Positions 57,472-64,000 of a stretch of DNA of 64,000 nt are shown one piece after another. The notes under the pieces were generated by a model. It had not been told where the DNA came from, did no database searches, and was given only the letters and a program-made list of their open reading frames with translations. The stretch lies in NCBI GenBank assembly GCA_030295235.1, contig AP026144.1, positions 434,001 through 498,000 of the forward strand, read 5' to 3'. The stretch's first letter is position 1. Every line of letters starts with the position of its first letter. Source of the DNA: Fistulifera solaris. Its lineage: Eukaryota. The position numbers were made by a program, and so were the translations under genes.

Positions 57472-60400
57472 TTAGCTGTCGAAATGACCTTCCTTGAGCT
57501 TTTCTGCTTCGGCTGCATGAGTGTTAAAGACTTGCTCCAAGCTGGTTTGGCTGACACCGTAATCAGCTAGGCGCAAAATATCCTTGTTTTCTTCAATGCA
57601 TGCGAAAATGTTCGAGATACGGATACCGTCCGATTTTACTTCATATCGCATCTTCATGTCCTGACGCTCACGTAGAATCGAACCGGGAAAATGATCGTTC
57701 ATAAAGCTTTGCAGCGATAGGATTCGAAGCTCATTGGTCGAAAAGGCAGCGAGGGATTCCAGCGAAACGCCGCCCGCAGAGGTCGCATCTTTCCAAACTG
57801 GATAACCGTATGGGTCGGTATCGTTCAACAATCCAGAAATGCTCTCATCTCCTGTTAGGTTGCGGAGCCTCTCAACACTTTCTTCGAGATTCAGTTGACA
57901 AGATTCGCCGTCAAACACAAGCTCTGCCTTCTCAGCATCCGTAATTGGTTCTGTATCACTTTTGTCTTTCGACCGACTTTGCAATACTTTTGCGGTGGCA
58001 ATAAAGTCGTCGTCATCACGATCTGCTATGCGTACTTTCATCTCCACTTGATAACCCTGTCCAAACTTATTTTTCAAGTGCTGCGCTGACCCAAGGCAAC
58101 GAAGCCGCCCTGCTGCCATGATGGCGATTCGAGGACACAGTGCCTCACACTCCTCCATGCTATGGGTCGTTAAGATCACACTTGTTCGCTCTTCAGGTGG
58201 TAGGCTTTCAGAATAGACCATATCGCTGATCATCTGCCAGATCTCTCGCCGGGCAACCGGATCGACACCCGTGGAGCACTCATCGAGGAACACAATCTGA
58301 GGCTGCCCGATGGTCGCGCAAGCAAGACTGAGTCGTCGTTTCATACCACCACTGTATCCAGCACTCAACCTGTCGCTATCTTTGTCACTCAAGCCAACCT
58401 CCTGCAACTTGGCGGCAGCTGCTTCTTTTAGAAGAGCTTTGGGGACACCTTTGATGGAAGCGTAAAGTTCAACATGCTCGCGACCAGTCAAGTTGGCGAA
58501 ATGGGCATCGAATTGAGGACAGTATCCGATACGGCGGCGGGTTTTATGCGGTTCTCTAGATACGCTATAGCCAGCCAAAGTAGCATCGCCCGATGTTGGA
58601 GGAAACTCAGCTGTCAGCATGCCCATACAACTGGTCTTTCCTGCACCGTTCACACCTGTGGTTTTCATTGACAACACGAATATGCATGAGTTGAAAGTAA
58701 AAACGATCCATCTACCTTAGACACTTGAAACATCAAATCGTCAGTGAGCAATAAAGTAGCAAATCTTACCTAAAAGTCCGAAGCATTCACCAGCTGGAAT
58801 ACCTAAAGAGATATTGTCAACTGCTTTCTTGCCCGTATCGTAGATCTTGGTTAGCTGGCTAATCACAATAAGGTCATCATTAGCCTGACCTGACAGAACT
58901 CGGTCTTGCTCGTTCAAAACGTCATCGTCGTCGGGAAGAGATATCGTCTCTATGGAATGATTTCTTCTCCTTTGAGCAATAAATTGGAACGTTAATATGT
59001 TGAGAAAGGACTGCCAGACAGATAACACACGGGGATTTGTCGACCACCGATCGAGCTGAATGGCAAGCGACATGTACCCGATTGTCTGGCACCCAAGAAG
59101 TATGATTTCATAGAGCATCACCTGCTTAGTCCACACCGATAGATTGTAGTCGCCTGCTAAGAATGCAAAGAGTTCAATATTGATGCACTTGAAAATCGCG
59201 TTCCCCAAGCAGAACGATGGATTGAACCTTAAAACCCATTGGATAATATTCGCAATGTCAATAAGATTCGGTTTTTCATCAAGAGGATTGATACCCAAAA
59301 GTAGTAGGATGAAACATGCTAAAGGACCGCCCATGCCTATCAAAAATCCTGCCAAAATGACGAACATGTTGCATAAACTGGCCGATGAAAAGCGAAAGTG
59401 ATGCAGTACGTGAATCCAGCGGTAGCAGGACCATAGAGGCACAAAACTACAAGAATTCCGGAGAAGACATCTCGTTGGGAGGTGGTGAGCACGTCGACGT
59501 TGAAAGCAAACATAAGCATGACCGTGATCCACATTGGAATTTGATAGTTCAAAACGTCCCAGAGAAATGTTGACAACCAGTAGGCTATCGGTTTTACTCC
59601 GGCAACTGTCTGTAGATGTTTAGCCTTCGACTCACGCTCAGCGACGATGAAAGAAGCAAACGCGCCCGAGATAAAAGGAAAGCTCAAAACCACAAGAAAC
59701 CAGGCCGAAAACGCATCTTCCGCCTTGCCATACTGTGATTCTTTGCTTGTAATCGGGAGAGGTGCAATCGTACATCTGATTTCAAAATTCGAAGCATCCA
59801 ACGCTTCCCGGACTAGTGCTTCATCCGCCAAAGACTGATAAAGCGGCGCCACGTGTAATGCCGAATAGTTGTACTGAATCACATAGCCGACTCCTTGATA
59901 GTCCTCACAGTTTTCAATACTGGTGTAGTTCCCCGTTCGTGACCGACATACTTCATCAACTGCATTGCTGTAAAAACTGCTTTGAAAATCATCGAGAACG
60001 CTCGTTCGATCATGCGTGAAGAACAATGCACCATATTGAGTGGATCCATAGCTCTCTGAGGTATCATATAAACTGCGAGACGACTGGGATACTGAACTGA
60101 CGTTTGCTCCTTCGGCGCTGGCACCAGCGGCAGCGATTCTCGTGACGACTGATTCCGAATCTTGAATCGTACATTTTCGATTGCCATCAAGGGAGCCTCG
60201 GTATCCACAATAGAAATACGTTTCGCTGTTAGCATCTATTGAAATAATAGGGTCGTCTTCCGGGCGGTAAGTGCAACTTCCTGGCTGACAAGTGAAAGAG
60301 TTGCTTGGAATATTAAATGGAATCGGATTTCTAGGTGATGATGCCACTTTATTGTAGTCGTTGAGATCCAGTATGAGGGGATCCATACTGCGATCAAGAG

Positions 60401-63400
60401 CAACATAGTTGAAAAGGATGAATCCCAAACAAACACAAACGCTAGGGGAGAATAGTTGTGCACAACCACGCTTTTCTGTCCCGACGAAAGAAAGCAGCTC
60501 GTTTCTTGAAAAGCGCCCACATGTGCCTAAAGAAAAGACCCTCTTGCTCTAGGTCCATTCTTGAGCGCGCACTTTTGTTGTCTATTTTTGAAGCAAAATT
60601 CATGTTGCTACCATGTTCTTTTGAATAGGAAGACGTAATTGAACTTTTTCCGGAGTTGTGACGGGCGACGAGAAGAAAAACCTCGTCTAATGTCGTGATA
60701 CTTACACCATACGAGCGAATCAATCCTTTGTCAAGTATCTTGTCCAATCTCTCGAACATAGGAAGAAAGTGGGACGAAGCTCCTATTGGTAATTGAAAAC
60801 TAATTTCGGATCCAACATCGCTGAGTAGAACTGCGGATGGGACGGAAAAAGAAACCACTGTCTTGAGAAATTCTTCTAAAGAATTTTCGCCGTTCTCTGG
60901 TGACAACGGAGGGTCAAATTTTTCATTTTCAGATTCGACGCAACCATCTCCAATTCCATCGTTAGTCGCAGCCCCTTCTTCAGTACTATCGTTCAGTCGT
61001 AAAGCAGTCAGCAAACTCTGTCCCCCAATTTCAAAACAGGTTCTGGACAGCGACCAAGCTGACAGATTCTCTTCGGCGCACCCACGAACATCGTCATCTA
61101 CTTTGTCATTGCTGTAGTGAGCTTCTCCTGCTTCACCTAACTCCTGCTTTCTATCCAGTGCGTCCGTACTTTTCTTGGTAGCGTTCGCTTCGATCGCATT
61201 ATCACTGAATTCTAAAGCATTTATAGTTTTTTCGATTGTTAGCTGGTAGCCAACTCCGTAGGTCTTCTTCAAAAACAATGAGCTCCCCGCACATCGAAGC
61301 TGTCCGTCAGACATGATTGCAATGCGGTCGCCCAAAATGTCTGCTTCGTCCTGGTAAATTAAGCACAACAATGACTCATTAGCCAGCCATAATCAAATGC
61401 CACTATGCAGATGAACCACGAACCTTACCATAAAATGCGTGGTGAGAATGATGCAACGATTTTGCCGATAATGACGAATCACATTCCATGTGAACCTCCT
61501 CGAAAATGGGTCCTGGGTTAATTAGCGAGATTAGAAAAGTTAACAGGAAACGAAAAACGCGACTGGCTTTGCTTACCATTCCGCTTGTCGGTTCATCTAA
61601 CAAAACGACGCTACTGCCCCCACAAAAGGCAATTGCAACACTGAGTTTACGCTTCATACCACCGCTCAAGTTCTGAGAAAGCGTGTTGCTTTTCTCCAAC
61701 AAAGCGACATCTTGAATAGCTTGCGTTATGTCAGCTTCAGCATCCACAAACGACTTGTCTCGGTAGAGACCCTTCAGGCGAGCAAAGAATTGTATGTGCT
61801 CACGGACAGTTAGTTGTGGAAAGAGACAATCATGTTGCAGACAAATACCAATATCTTGACGTATACGCTCCCTGTCATATCTAATGTCTTTGCCACCGAC
61901 GATGGCATATCCTGACGTGGTGCTGTCGCACCCGTTAGCATATTGATTGTTGTCGTCTTTCCGGCTCCTTAATCTTGATGAGAAAAATTGGTAACAGTGG
62001 CAAAATAATCAAGTTCAAAATCTTACCGTTGTGTCCAAGTAACGCAGTTATCTGTCCATTGTACATTGAAAGACTGAGACCATCCACGGCAATCTTATCA
62101 CCAAAAACCTTTCGCAGCGATCGCACCTCAATAGACTTGCCTTCCTGAGCCTGCCTCTTGAGGGTGTCGCTTACGGGTTCCAGGGGTATTGAGCTGTTAT
62201 CGCTGTCATCATCTCCTGGATCCGTTACGGACGAAGTGGAGGGAGTGGTGCGATTTGGAAACCAATATGATAAAGTCATTGGAAACCAGAGCGGCAAAGC
62301 CTGACCATAATCGGGCTCGATGGTGCGATTCAAATACCAAGTCATTACACCCCAGAATATCGAATCGAAAATCAAATATCCAAGTGCATCATTAAACGTA
62401 AACCCAGACTGGTTGTCACTTTGGGCCATAGAATTACTATTGAGACCAAGTCCTCTATCTTCCAATCGACCTATTTCCTGTAGTCCATAAGAGAATGCCG
62501 CCACAGGATGTAAGCTAATCAGCCCGACCCATGTGCCATCATCTCTCGTGTAGTCAATGGGCACTGAGATTGTCAGAAACACGCCAATGAAGAAAGCAAG
62601 TAACCCAAAAAGGACAGCACGCGCTGACTTGGATGAGAAACTAGATATCATCATGGAAAACACAGTCACGGCCAAGAAAGTAAAAGCCCAAAACTGAAAA
62701 AGATAGCGAAACTCTGACGCTTCGTAAAGAACACTCGACATGACTGTCGTGAAGAAGGCAGAAATCATATTCCACAGAATGAAGGTCATGAACCAAGCCC
62801 ATCCAATGTCAGATTCCGAGACACTCATCATTTTCATCAATTCCTTTTGACGCAACTCCTTTTCTCGCACAATGTACCCAATCATGGCGGCAACAGGATA
62901 AAGCATTCCCAAGGTGACTAAAAGCGGGCCCGTTTCTGGGGGTTAATTGTTTAGACGATGATTTTATGCGAAGAAGGATGATTCTGAGTAGTGTTCCAAC
63001 GTGGAATGAGTACTTACCTGCAATCGAAGAGTAGAAACCGGAATCTTCGTATTCTTTGATCGGAAACTGCACGAATCGAACTCCTGCTTCCGCCACTTTG
63101 TATCCTGCATCAGCGGCCCCCGTCTGATTTAAGATAAAATCTCCAACGAGTCTCTGAAATGTCAAAACACCGTTGTAGACATATTGACCCGTACAAGAAA
63201 CTTCCAGCGGACCTTGTCTCGGTGTATTTTCGTCGGGCGTGCAAACACTAAAATCATTGCGAGCGTAATGTCGGAAAAGTCGACTCGTATCCGGTGTCGT
63301 GGAGGTTGCAGGTCGCGCCGCCGCCTCGGGAGCATTGAAATTCGTCGAATTCTGGCGAAGAGCATAATAGTACTTCATTGGGTCATCACCCTCCCAGACG

Positions 63401-63939
63401 ATCCCCATGGCTATTTTTGGCGTATCGAAGCCTTCATAATCGACCGCTGTAACATAGGCGTCCATCGCCTCGGGGCTGTCAAAGTGTTGCACCACATCGA
63501 ATGGAAGCAAACCAACTAATTCGGGGTATTTGGAATAAAGCCACGATTCAAAGTCCAGAGCACGACGCTTGCCGCCTTCATCATCCAAACGACTTGGTGC
63601 CAAGGCGATTGTTCCGTACTCACAGAACTGGGACGCATCCTGTCCTTCTCTTTCACACAGAGTCGAATCGCATTTCACCAAAGGTACTTGCCAATTGTAT
63701 CCGTTTCGTTCAATTCCCGAAATGATAAACTCCAAATCTCCTTCTTTCCCTTTGATGCACGTACGCTGGGCTTGCATAAAAGTAAAGTAATCACGGGCGG
63801 TCAAGGGCGTCAACGCGAACGGATCCGGAGGGAAAAACGCCGGGATCGTGCCCGAAAACAGTCCCTCCGAATCATCAACCGCCGATTTGATGCCCACCAA
63901 AACCCCAACAAATCCCATGGGGAGTAATATTTCCAACAG
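57472..63939 (-). CDS. ABCA full-size lipid transporter, paralogue 2 (first exon lies beyond the window end)
   Basis: Colinear with the 14893-21356 gene; both NBDs have Walker and signature motifs; splice acceptor at 63940-63941 is at the same position as intron 1 of paralogue 1; several single-base frameshifts. Confidence 0.93.
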
Positions 63940-64000
63940 CTGTGTTGTTTTGATGATAACAATGAATGAGTGAGAGCTGAAAGCACAAAGTATGAACGAA

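Overview
Compact eukaryotic nuclear DNA, most likely from a pennate diatom (inferred from short 60-90 bp GT-AG introns, bipartite ASAFAP-type plastid presequences, an RRL motif and short intergenic spacers). It holds about 24 protein-coding genes: a shortened UBR4/BIG-type E3 ligase, TYW1, one ABCG and two paralogous ABCA transporters, a GH3 beta-glucosidase, an inositol polyphosphate 4-phosphatase, a rhodanese-like/TehB-type methyltransferase, a secreted choice-of-anchor-L protein, a divergent kinesin, a three-module LRR surface protein, an NADPH-quinone reductase-like enzyme, a thylakoid FKBP, a RING protein, a TOM1/THH1-like protein, a Cgr1-like protein and several hypotheticals. Many genes are broken by single-base indels in homopolymer runs, most likely long-read assembly errors. 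I saw no rRNA, tRNA, CRISPR-Cas or autonomous transposon. The most unusual signals are non-coding: (1) a ~490 bp array of palindromic CCCAGATTTTCTGGG-like motifs with ~34 bp period and an orientation flip, in a divergent promoter; (2) a strong excess of unrelated 7-bp tandem duplications in intergenic DNA; (3) TATCGATA and GGTACC motif clusters. The ABCA paralogues also show apparent gene conversion and intron gain/loss. All calls come from reading the sequence; no database search was run.
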